From assembly GCA_002269645.1 (NCBI GenBank), contig NIVC01002648.1:57823-121822 (forward strand): a DNA stretch of 64,000 bases, read 5' to 3'. The notes beneath the pieces are model-generated. The model searched no databases and was not told the origin of the DNA. It was given only the letters and a program-made list of their open reading frames with translations. Below are positions 1 through 11,261 of this stretch, piece by piece. A program made the translations under genes and the position numbers. Source of the DNA: Macrostomum lignano (taxonomy: Eukaryota). Position 1 is the first letter of the stretch; every line of letters begins with the position of its first letter.

Positions 1-42
1 CGGCTCCACTAAATGAGAAATCGGCTCCACTAAATGAGAAAT
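1..42. repeat. 21-bp tandem repeat (cggctccactaaatgagaaat), two copies, cut by the window edge
   Basis: Direct repeat read from the sequence at 1 and 22. Confidence 0.8.
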
Positions 43-611
43 CCGAAAAATGAGAAAATGAAAGCTACTCAAGTATCACATTCTGCTACTATTCAAATAC
101 ACAGTTGGCATCAGAAGTACTCCGAATTATTTGTTTTGTACTTTTATTGAAACCGTGCACAAGCCGAGCGCCAGAAATTTCTACTTTCATTGCACTCGAA
201 ATGCACGCCTGGCACGAGGCCAAAAGTAATTAAGAAATTAATTTTAAACTCTTGAATGCTAATGGATTCCAGCTCTGCAGAAGTTCTGCATAAAAGACTT
301 TTGGTATGAGGGACTGTGAGAAACACTGAAGCCTGGAACAGGAAAACCAGTCCGACACTCAGATGATGAGAGATTAAAGGTGGGCGGCGGTCTCGCTGAC
401 TAAAATCAGTTATTATAGATATTCTTTGCATTGCGGCTCTATACGAAAATAGGCAAGTTTTCCACCATGAACATTCAGCAATGAGATCGTTACGCAGGTG
501 GATGTGTTGTTAAATGCTTGTCAGTCAGTCAGTAATTAGCAGAATCAGACAGACAAGACTCAATCTATAGGCTATAAAGTCCTGCCTGAAAAATGATCTC
601 GCCATGTATGA

Positions 612-1195
612 TTCTCACGCTTTGAATGAGAATCTCACTCTATGATTCTTTGAATGATAATCTCACTCTATGATTCTTTGAATGAGAACCTCACTGTATA
701 TGATTCTTTGAATGATAATCTCACTCTATGATTCTTTGAATGAGAACCTCACTGTATATGATTCTTTGAATGATAATCTCACTCTATGATTCTTTGAATG
801 AGAATCTCACTCTATGATTCTTTGAATGAGAATCTCACTCTATGATTCTTTGAATGAGAATCTCACTGTATATGATTCTCACACTTTGAATGAGAATCTC
901 ACTGCATGATTCTCACACTTTGAAAGAGAATCTCACTGCATGATTCTCACGCTTTGAATGAGAATCTCACTGCATGATTCTCACACTTTGAAAGAGAACC
1001 TCACTGCATGATTCTCACACACTTTGAATGAGAATCTCACTCTATGATTCTCATGCCTTGAATGAGAATCTCACTGCATGATTCTCACGCTTTGAATTGA
1101 GAATCTAACTGCATGATTCTCACGCTTTGAATGAGAATCTCACTGCATGATTCTCACGCTTTGAATGAGAATCTCACTGCATGATTCTCACACTC
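612..1195. repeat. Minisatellite with 28-38 bp units (tttgaatgagaatctcact[ct/gc]atgattc[tcacgc])
   Basis: Repeated core tttgaatgagaatctcact. Each unit carries an inverted pair tgagaatc...gattctca. Confidence 0.9.
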
Positions 1196-1959
1196 TGATT
1201 ATCATACTTTATGATTCTTGTGTTTCGAAGGAAATTGCAGAACTAAAAAGAGAATATATATGATTATTGACTAAAGAGAAATCAAAGCTCTGCACTTAAC
1301 TGATGTAATCGATGCGACAACTTTGAAGCATTTCAACTTTGTTTTATTTTAAGCCAGTTCAAACAAAGTCTGTAGCACACTATCCGTGCAAGTTTTCACA
1401 TATCTATTTCTAATGGGGTATACCGACCGTTTAACGAATACCTACAATTCAACTGAAAACCAAATCAGTCAGTTAATCAATCCATCATTTCTGACTGTTC
1501 GATTTGAGAATCGTGCTCATTTATTTTATTTTGACAAAAACCGTGACTCAAACTCATGGAAAGACAGGTTTGGGATTCGTTGTCAAGATGGGCCGTGCGT
1601 TGGCTATGGAAGTTCGAGTCACTGATCTTCATCAGACGCTAAAAAACGGGTTTTCGACTTTAGGAGGAAACTTTATTCCATGGCCTATAGCTATTCCCAC
1701 CTTTGCATTGGCATTTGTTTGCTTTGGAGGGGATTTTTTCCCCGAATTCCCCTTACCCTGTGGTTGTGGCACGAATCCGGGCTGGGGACTGACTGACAAA
1801 TATCTGATCGCTTGAATTTCATTTTACCAAATAGAGTGAAATCCAGGTCAACTAACAGGCCCCATCAGTAAGTCTTTTGGCATTGGCAGAGCTGTGATTT
1901 GGTGTGGCACCTGTCTAAATAAATTATTTATCACCTCTTAGATTTTTTCTTCCCCACCT

Positions 1960-2384
1960 AGATTGGCGCTTATTAGATTGGCAAACTCTAGATCGGCAAC
2001 GCCTAGATCGGCAACCCCTAGATCGGCAACCCCTAGATTGGCAACCCCTAGATCGGCAACCCCTAGATCGGCAACCCCTAGATCGGCAACCCCTAGATCG
2101 GCGAACCCTAGATCGGCAACCCCTAGATCGGCAACCCCTAGATCGGCAACCCCTAGATTGTCAACCCCTAGATTGTCAACTCCTAGATTGGCAACCCCTA
2201 GATTGGCAACCCCTAGATCGGCAACCCCTAGATCGGCAACCCCTAGATCAGCAACCCCTAGATTGGCAACCCCTAGATCGGCAACCCCTAGATTGGCAAC
2301 CACTAGATTGGCAACCCCTAGATCGGCAACCCCTAGATCGGCAACCCCTAGATCGGCAACCCCTAGATCGGCAACCCCTAGATC
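1960..2384. repeat. 15-bp minisatellite (cctagatcggcaacc), about 28 copies
   Basis: Direct reading. Explains ORFs 1938..2303 and 1963..2388. Confidence 0.95.
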
Positions 2385-3112
2385 GTAAATCGGCAGCTCC
2401 TGGCTATTGCGACTCGCCGCCTCAAGGTTGAAGCGCCTAAAATAATATATTAATAATAATTACGTGTATAATACGAGTATAGGCCTTAGGGCGACTTAAC
2501 ATTATTTAAAATTTTTTTAGCTTTCAAAAACGAATAGTCGCGTGTATAGCAAAAGCCGAATGAGTCAGTCAGCCTTTGACACTCGTTGGGCTTCAAGCTT
2601 TCGCACCTATAGGTTTTCTTGAGGTGGTGCAAAGGTGACAGTCGCGCTAATTACTTTACAAATTCTCTTTGTTTCTCACGCGCTTAAGCCTCAAACTTTC
2701 GTGGCCTTTTGTTGGTTGGGTCCATTCGAATCAGTCGGGCCCACCCGCAGGGAATTGCATCCATGATGCTTGATATTTGACTTGCTTAATGACGACTTTA
2801 ATATAATATCAATATTTATTCGATCATGATATAACTAACATATGATGCGCTGTGCACACATCTCTAGACACGACACTTTATTTGAGCCTTTAAACAAAAC
2901 CTCATGAGTTAATCAAGGAAAGTTAATTATTCACTGCAAATGGTGTCAATGGGTCCATGGACAACTTACTTAGAAGGACGCTTTTTTCTATAGAAGGGTT
3001 TTTCTCGACCAAATTTGTCTATGGCAAAACCCCATGCCATGAAGCGCTGGGCAAAAAAACAAATCTGTTATGAGAATTGCCATGCACTTTCTCCAGAATT
3101 GATAGTTTTTCT

Positions 3113-3398
3113 TGATAATAATAATAATAATAATTGATTACACCTGCCCCAATTGGGCCAGCTGTGCAACTGACAGCTCAGCCGCAGCTATTGCGCGGCG
3201 CATCTGAAGGCTGCGTACGGCTGTTCAGTCCAAGGTCTGGGGAGTATCGCAAAACACACCCTCAATTACCGCAGCTAATGCTGGCACCCATTTTACAGCT
3301 CTTGCTCAAGGACACAAGTTGTTCCAGTGTGATCTGGAATCGAACCCCCGACGTTTAAGTCGTGAGTCCAACGTTCTACGAGCGTAACTACAACCTCG
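3113..3398 (-). mobile_element. tRNA-derived SINE
   Basis: Minus strand has a tRNA-like head with Pol III B-box GGTTCGATTCC (plus 3336-3346), then tgtgtccttgagcaag and gtaaaatgggtgccagc blocks typical of metazoan tRNA-SINE cores, and a (TTA)n tail (plus 3115-3134). Confidence 0.7.
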
Positions 3399-4329
3399 AT
3401 AAACTTGAGAACCTCGGACGATGCTTGCTTCATTCATTTGGATTTGGAAATCCATAAGGTGAGATAAGCAATTTGACCCTGACATTCGAAGTAGTTTGCT
3501 CTGACATTCCCAAGTGGCTCCTTTGACATTCCTGACGTATTTACATGTAGTAAGCCCACAATATTTCACTTAGATATCTCATACGAACTACTAATAGTTA
3601 ATCTACTAAATCCTTATAGAATACACGAGCATTTAGTATTATTATTACTTAGAGGAGTAAGAGGATCTGATCTAACCGAGAGAGCTAGGGGCGGGGTGGA
3701 ACCAGGGGAATGGAATGGGATTGGGAATTGGGAATTGGGAAGGGTTGGGAATGAATATCTGAGGATATTCATGGCCGAAGCGCTGAATGTTTAGCTTAAT
3801 GGGTCATAAAGGCACACGAGTTGCACAAGCCGCCAAGGCGATTGTCATGGCCTCTGGGGATTTTAAGGCATTCCTTCCTTCCCTCCATAGACCAGCATTT
3901 TATCCCCCCCCTTATTTCGTCTCCGACTCCCCTCGACACCCTCCCACCCAGGGAGCGAAGTGAAAATGATGTGACAAGCCGCCGGGTGGTTGGGGTGGGC
4001 GCAGCTGCCTTTGGTTTAGTTTTCATAGTAGTATTGTGTTCGTGGCGTATGTATAAGGACGGGACTAAACTAAAACTATATAAGAGAGAAGACAACAAGG
4101 GACGCATTAGAGAAAGGGGAGGAGGCCGACTTGCGGCCGCGGCGGGGGGTTTAGTTACGCTAAATCAGCTTGCGCAAGTCCTCTTATGCAAGATGTGGTG
4201 GGTGAGAAGGCCTTGAGGGGAAAGGCAAGGCGCCGCCTGTTGGAACTTGGACGGCCGCTTGCGAGGTGTTGTCGGTTTGTTGGAGTAAAATGGGGTTGTG
4301 GGGTGGGCCGCCAGCCAGGTCGCGCGCCC

Positions 4330-4436
4330 ATTGGCTGGGCGGATCCATGGGGGTGGGGGTTGGAGGGCAGGCAGGCGCGCTGTTCCGAAATCGCTCTCTC
4401 TCCCCCAGGCAGAGGGCGCGGGCAGGGCTATTAAAG
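4330..4436 (+). promoter_or_regulatory. Candidate Pol II promoter of the orphan ORF: inverted CCAAT, GC-box, TATA-like
   Basis: ATTGG 4330-4334, GGGCGG 4337-4342 and TATTAAAG 4429-4436 in canonical order, about 130 nt upstream of ATG 4564. Confidence 0.35.
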
Positions 4437-4563
4437 TTGCGATCCAAGCGAAGGCTTCCAAATTACACCAAGACCAAAGGCTGCCAGTAAGCACAGAGCA
4501 TCAACGGTGTTTGATCTGCAGTTTCACCAAAGCCCTGCTAACTTCAGCATCTCTGCCTGCACG

Positions 4564-5306
4564 ATGCCAGCCGCAGTGACTCCATTCGAGCAGTTCAGCA
4601 AAGCCGAGTCGCATCTCATCAAGCGGCTTGGCAGACACGCTGACGAGCGAATCTTTGAGCTGAGCACTTGGGAATCAGCTGATCGGGATCTGCTCGGTCT
4701 GTTCCCCGCCATCTCCAGCGCTCTCACTGTGCTCAACGATGACCAAAAACTGAGGCACGAGTCCGCGACCTCACCAGATGATACGCAGCGATCATCGCCC
4801 TGCTCCCTGACCGGATCCTCATCCTCAGACTCCTCCGGCGCCTCATCCTCATCATGCGTGTCCGCCTTATCAGCTTCATCTCGCAGCTCAGCTGGTGGTG
4901 CAGCCTCCCCCAACGGCCAGAAGCCTGCGGCTGCCAGGTGGTGCCAGCCCGGCTTGAAGGACCTGCAGCTTCTTGCCAGCAAGGAGGACGTGGCCAGCCT
5001 CCCAGAGCCTCATCAATCGAAGAGGTGCTGGCCCTGCTCAGCAAGGATGACGTCATCGTGGTGCCCTGCGCTCACGGCGGCTACATTCTGTACGCGGTGA
5101 CCTACTTGGACGATCTGGTGGCACAGCAGCCGCCGACTGTGATCCCTCCGAGTCCTGACGACCCGGCAACCAAGCTGAGCCCAGAGGTGTTCAACTTGTT
5201 CCTGCAGAACGAGGAGCTGCTGAGCCGCGGACAGGACACCTCGCTGCTCGGAGTCCCGCCTGCTCTGTCATCAGTGAAGGCCAGACGCGGTGTTTATACT
5301 AAATAG
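4564..5306 (+). CDS. Intronless orphan protein (~247 aa) with one -1 frameshift near 5007
   Basis: GC-rich coding-like codons across ORFs 4507..5100 and 4854..5306. Adding one G at ccagag^cctca joins them as ...KEDVASLPEASSIEEVLALLSKDDVIVVPCAHGGYILYAVTYLDD.... No family recognised. Confidence 0.5.
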
Positions 5307-7159
5307 TTTCCTGGAAATCCGAACATTATTTCTTAGAAAGCAGACAAGCGTACTTTAGGTATTTTTTAATAATTTGTTAAATCTGCCTATATCCAGAGAC
5401 TTGGCTAGCCCGATCGGGAATAATATTGTATTCAAGCTTTTAATTTGTATAAGTAGCACCAGCATTGCCTGCAGGTTTCTAGCTTTCTAGCTAAACAGAA
5501 ATTTCAACCACTTTTTATGTTTTTTAGCCCGTCGTTCGTTAAATTTAGTTATTTCGTTAGTTTTTATTGTTGGTATCGATCGTTTTTGTCGTTAATTTTA
5601 CTTATAATACTACTGCTAATAGTATTGATTTTTTATACTGTACTGTTATGTTTTAGTATTTATTCATATAGGCAAAATCTCGGTTTGAGTAAACAATATT
5701 AAAATTATTTCAGATTGCACAAACTTGTTCTTATCCATTTTGTGTGAATAAGGACACGGTGTACTTGCTAATCTGTTCCTGTCTCTTACTTGCTTGCACT
5801 GGACTGGACTCGGGTTTATGTATAATTTCTTTTTACTTTGAAACTTTGTAGTTTCAAGTTTATTTTTTGCATTGCGTTTATATTAGCCACCTGCAGGTCT
5901 TCATGTGCTAAGATTTTCTAATAATTTTTCTATACTGAAAGTCTGAAACAACTGCCTTATTTTATTTCATGATCTGCGATTTAAAGAAACATAAAAGGAC
6001 AAAGAAGGTTGCTCCTTGACCAGATGGTTTATCTGGCTTAAACCTGATTTTTCTGTACAGCGTGTTTGTTTTAGTGCGTTACAATTTAGTTCTTGTGTGT
6101 CTGTGTACTTTCAATTTCATTTTTTTATGTTGATCCGTCAGTCTTTGTGTAGTTTTATAATATTCCCAAGTTTTATATTTATTTTTATTCTGTTTATTCA
6201 ATAGTTATTTTGTTATTGTGCATGCTAATTAGCCCGCATAGAAGTGAATCATTTGTTTAGTTAGCATTTCTATACATATCTGTGTAACTTTTTTGGTACA
6301 AGTCAAAACATTGCTCTCATAGCAGCCTGTCTGTTCCAATGTTTAAAAAAATCCTCGAGTATCCTGCTATAATTAATTAATCAAAAACAAAATACACTGC
6401 CTGCATAAACATGGCCCTTACAAAAAAGCTATTTATGCTAAAAATCGCTGCTTCAATCCCGATTTAAACGGAAGTCCCACTACAAAATGATCAGCAAAAA
6501 TTGATTTTGAAAGCGTGCAGCGTGTCTTGACGCTTGCTAGCGCGACCCACTCGACCAGGCTGAGTATTGGGAGCTCTGCTTTTTTCCAGGGCTTTTTTCC
6601 GGTTGGAGAAGCGCTTCCTGGCCACGCCTCGGTGACTCGCATCCCCCCCTCTCTTGAAGGTCTCGTGTTACGCCATGACAACTTTTTTATCTATATATTA
6701 GCTATTCAGCCTATTGTGAATACGCGCTTATACTTAAATGGCTCTATACGACTTTTTGGGGGAGTTGGTTGAGGATCTTTCCTTAGCTAATACTACGATC
6801 TCCTCCCACCGAGCCAAGGAGATACAGCTGGTATATTCAATGGGGGATCTGATCGAAGCTCTACCACCAGATTGCGACACACTCGGTTGCTTCCATGCAC
6901 CTGGGGGGGGGGGGCGTGGCGCCGTAGGCTTAGGAGCTGCAACCCTGTCATTAGTGAGGCGAGGGCTCTATATGGCAGGGATGGGGTATGGCTTCCAGTC
7001 TATTTAGAGTTTAAGTGACGGCTTTACTGTAAGCTTTTTTATCGACATCGGGCAGAATTAGCCTATGCATATCTTCCATGCGAGTGAATAAGTTCATGGC
7101 TGAACTGATTTCTTGAGTTCTTGACTGAAGCATTCATGAATTCATGACTGAGTAAGTGA

Positions 7160-8270
7160 CCATAACTGAGTTCATGACAGTATGATTGAGTTCATGACAG
7201 TGATTGAGTTCATGACAGTATGATTGAGTTCATGACAGTGATTGAGTTCATGACAGTATGATTGAGTTCATGACAGTATGATTGAGTTCATGACAGTATG
7301 ATTGAGTTCATGACAGTGATTAAGTTCATGACAGTGATTGAGTTCATGACAGTATGATTGAGTTCATGACAGTGATTAAGTTCATGACAGTGATTGAGTT
7401 CATGACAGTATGATTGAGTTCATGACAGTGATTAAGTTCATGACAGTATGATTGAGTTCATGACAGTGATTAAGTTCATGACAGTATGATTGAGTTCATG
7501 ACAGTATGATTGAGTTCATGACAGTATGATTGAGTTCATGACAGTATGATTGAGTTCATGACAGTATGATTGAGTTCATGACAGTGATTGAGTTCATGAC
7601 AGTGATTAAGTTCATGACAGTATGATTGAGTTCATGACAGTATGATTGAGTTCATGACAGTGATTGAGTTCATGACAGTATGATTGAGTTCATGACAGTA
7701 TGATTGAGTTCATGACAGTATGATTGAGTTCATGACAGTATGATTGAGTTCATGACAGTGATTGAGTTCATGACAGTATGATTGAGTTCATGACAGTATG
7801 ATTGAGTTCATGACAGTATGATTGAGTTCATGACAGTATGATTGAGTTCATGACAGTATGATTGAGTTCATGACAGTATGATTGAGTTCATGACAGTATG
7901 ATTGAGTTCATGACAGTGATTGAGTTCATGACAGTATGATTGAGTTCATGACAATGATTGAGTTCATGACAGTGATTGAGTTCATGACAGTATGATTGAG
8001 TTCATGACAATGATTTAGTTCATGACAGTATGATTGAGTTCATGACAGTGATTAAGTTCATGACAGTACGATTGAGTTCATGACAGAATTAATGACTGAG
8101 TAAGTGACCACAACTGAGTTCATGACAGTATGATTGAGTTCATGACAGTATGATTGAGTTCATGATAGTATGATTGAGTTCATGACAGTATGACAGTATG
8201 ATTGAGTTCATGACAGTGATTGAGTTCATGACAGTATGATTGAGTTTGTGATCATAACTGAGTTCATGAC
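7160..8270. repeat. 20/18-bp minisatellite (gagttcatgacagt[at]gatt)
   Basis: Direct reading, about 55 copies. Confidence 0.95.
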
Positions 8271-9199
8271 AGAATCTATGATTGATCTCATGACAGTTTA
8301 TGTCTGAGTTCATTCGTGACTGAATTCATGACTTCATGATTGAGTTTTTGGGTTCATGACAGAGTTCATGATTTCATGCCAGAACTTGTGGCTTCATCAA
8401 TGCATAAATGAGTGAATGAGGGAATGCGCAAAGAGCCTCGCCAGGGTTATGCTAGTAGACCGAGTAACCCGAGAAGGAATGAGTTCATGGGCCACTAAAC
8501 CATTGATCTAGCATGATCGAGATGGACAAGACAATCCAGCATCATTAGTGTCCACGCGGGGTTACAATGATTACACAACAACAATAAGCATTGCTCGAGT
8601 CTGAATGCATTCAAAATACCGGTTACTCCGATGAGGCGTATTGAATCTCCATACAGACTAAATTTGTATCGATGAGAACTTATAAACCAAGATGATAATA
8701 ATCGGATCGAAAATATGACTGCTCGAATCTCGAGTTTCTATGAATCAAGAGAGGCAGGAAGTCAAAGGCCATCTGAATAAAAAATCTTGAAAAGCTTGGA
8801 TTTTAGAGGCGATTTCTTCAAAGAAATTTATCTTCGAGTCAAGTCAAGAAACGAATGAAGGTCACGCACCGCTTGCTCCGCTGCGCAATTTTTGGAGCTT
8901 TGCACTGAGAAGCCAACTATTCGAATTCGAAATCAATGGGCCGCGAGCAGGCGGGCGTGCGATTTGGGGAGATGAAGATTGAGAGATAGAGATTTCATTG
9001 GGGGCAGGAGAAAGATCCTCCTGTGGGATAAAAATGACAGGGCAGCTGGCTTTTTCCCCTCTGACTTACCACTGTAGAGTCTCGGCTACACAGTAAATAT
9101 TGAACACGAGAGGCTGACTGCGTAGGCATTTAGATGGGAGAAAAGTTCAAAATTCATGAGGAAACTTTGGCAAAGCAAGCTGTGGTGAGATTGCACAAA

Positions 9200-10682
9200 G
9201 GAAGAAGAGAGAGGGGAGAGGGAAAAGAAAGAGTAAAGATGAAGGACAAGAGAGGAGACAGTTTGGGAGAGAGTATAGAACAGCAAAGAGAGAGAGAAGA
9301 GAAAGGATAGGGGAGAAAAGAGGAGAGAGGGGAGAGGGAGAGGAGAGACTGGAGAGGGGGAGAGGGAGACGAGAGAGGAGAGAGGAAAGTGGAGAGAGAG
9401 AGAAGAGAGAGAAGAGTGTAGAGAGAGGAGAAAGGTGAGTGAAAAGAGAGGTGAGGTGAGTGAAGAGAGAAGACAGAGGTGAGTGAAGAGAGAAGACAGA
9501 GGTGAGTGAAGAGAGAAGACAGAGGTGAGTGAAGAGAGAAGAGAGAGGTGAGTGAAGAGAGAAGAGAGAGGTGAGTGAAGAGAGAAGATAGAGGTGAGTG
9601 AAGAGAGAAGAGAGAGGTGAGTGAAGAGAGAAGAGAGAGGTGAGTGAAGAGAGAAGAGAGAGGTGAGTGAAGAGAGAAGAGAGAGGTGAGTGAAGAGAGA
9701 AGACAGAGGTGAGTGAAGAGAGAAGACAGAGGTGAGTGAAGAGAGAAGAGAGAGGTGAGTGAAGAGAGAAGATAGAGGTGAGTGAAGAGAGAAGAGAGAG
9801 GTGAGTGAAGAGAGAAGAGAGAGGTGAGTGAAGAGAGAAGATAGAGGTGAGTGAAGAGAGAAGAGAGAGGTGAGTGGAGAGAGAAGACAGAGGTGAGTGA
9901 AGAGAGAAGAGAGAGGTGAGTGAAGAGAGAAGACAGAGGTGAGTGAAGAGAGAAGACAGAGGTGAGTGAAGAGAGAAGAGAGAGGTGAGTGAAGAGAGAA
10001 GATAGAGGTGAGTGAAGAGAGAAGAGAGAGGTGAGTGAAGAGAGAAGAGAGAGGTGAGTGAAGAGAGAAGATAGAGGTGAGTGAAGAGAGAAGAGAGAGG
10101 TGAGTGAAGAGAGAAGAGAGAGGTGAGTGAAGAGAGAAGAGAGAGGTGAGTGAAGAGAGAAGAGAGAGGTGAGTGAAGAGAGAAGACAGAGGTGAGTGAA
10201 GAGAGAAGAGAGAGGTGAGTGAAGAGAGAAGACAGAGGTGAGTGAAGAGAGAAGAGAGAGGTGAGTGGAGAGAGAAGACAGAGGTGAGTGGAGAGAGAAG
10301 ACAGAGGTGAGTGGAGAGAGAAGACAGAGGTGAGTGGAGAGAGAAGACAGAGGTGAGTGAAGAGAGAAGACAGAGGTGAGTGAAGAGAGAAGACAGAGGT
10401 GAGTGGAGAGAGAAGACAGAGGTGAGTGGAGAGAGAAGACAGAGGTGAGTGGAGAGAGAAGACAGAGGTGAGTGAAGAGAGAAGACAGAGGTGAGTGAAG
10501 AGAGAAGACAGAGGTGAGTGGAGAGAGAAGACAGAGGTGAGTGGAGAGAGAAGACAGAGGTGAGTGGAGAGAGAAGACAGAGGTGAGTGAAGAGAGAAGA
10601 CAGAGGTGAGTGAAGAGAGAAGACAGAGGTGAGTGAAGAGAGAAGACAGAGGTGAGTGAAGAGAGAAGAGAGAGGTGAGTGG
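9200..10682. repeat. GA-rich low-complexity tract (9200-9450) grading into a 22-bp minisatellite (gaggtgagtgaagagagaaga[c/g/t]a), about 56 copies
   Basis: Direct reading. Explains ORFs 9086..10714 and 9154..10794. Confidence 0.95.
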
Positions 10683-11261
10683 AGTGAGTAGTCAGGCCAG
10701 GAAGCTGAACGCATATCAATACGCTCATATGGATGACAGAATCCCGGCTAGATACATGTAAGTGCGTGACGCAGGACACTCCGACGACACTCACAGACTA
10801 CCAAAACTATGACCGAGGATGGCGGGTCATATAGGAACAACCTTAAGTGGGCTACTGTCACTGTCACGACAGTAACCCAAATTATAATAAGGCATCAATG
10901 CCCACCTCTATTGTAGCCATGCAAACAATCTTAGCAGTCACTTTAGCTGGCTGCCAAAGTTGAATTTCTGCATTCAGCGCATATAGCGATAGGAGAAATA
11001 GTTACTAAGGCGCTGGTAAAACTGAAGAATATGACGAATACGTTCAAGTGTTCAAGGCGATGCAGTTGTGTATATAATATAGCTAATGATCTACAATATT
11101 TTCTTTGTTACAACCACGTTGGAATGAAATAAGGGGGCCTACAAGGACTTCCTTCAGCCTGGATACTATTATTGACTTTCTCTTTTTCTGCATTGTTTTG
11201 GTCACTATATAAGAATCTGGTCAGGCGAAATGCTTAGCTATGATCATAAAATTGTTTATAA

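Noticed and set aside
3300-3398. Possible tRNA gene
   Set aside because: It has only a B-box and a degenerate head, followed by a SINE core and a (TTA)n tail; no full cloverleaf or CCA stem.
10690-10860. AHMDDRIPARY / HRLPKL resemblance to an RTE-type LINE C-terminus
   Set aside because: Too short and interrupted by stops, with no RT motifs nearby.
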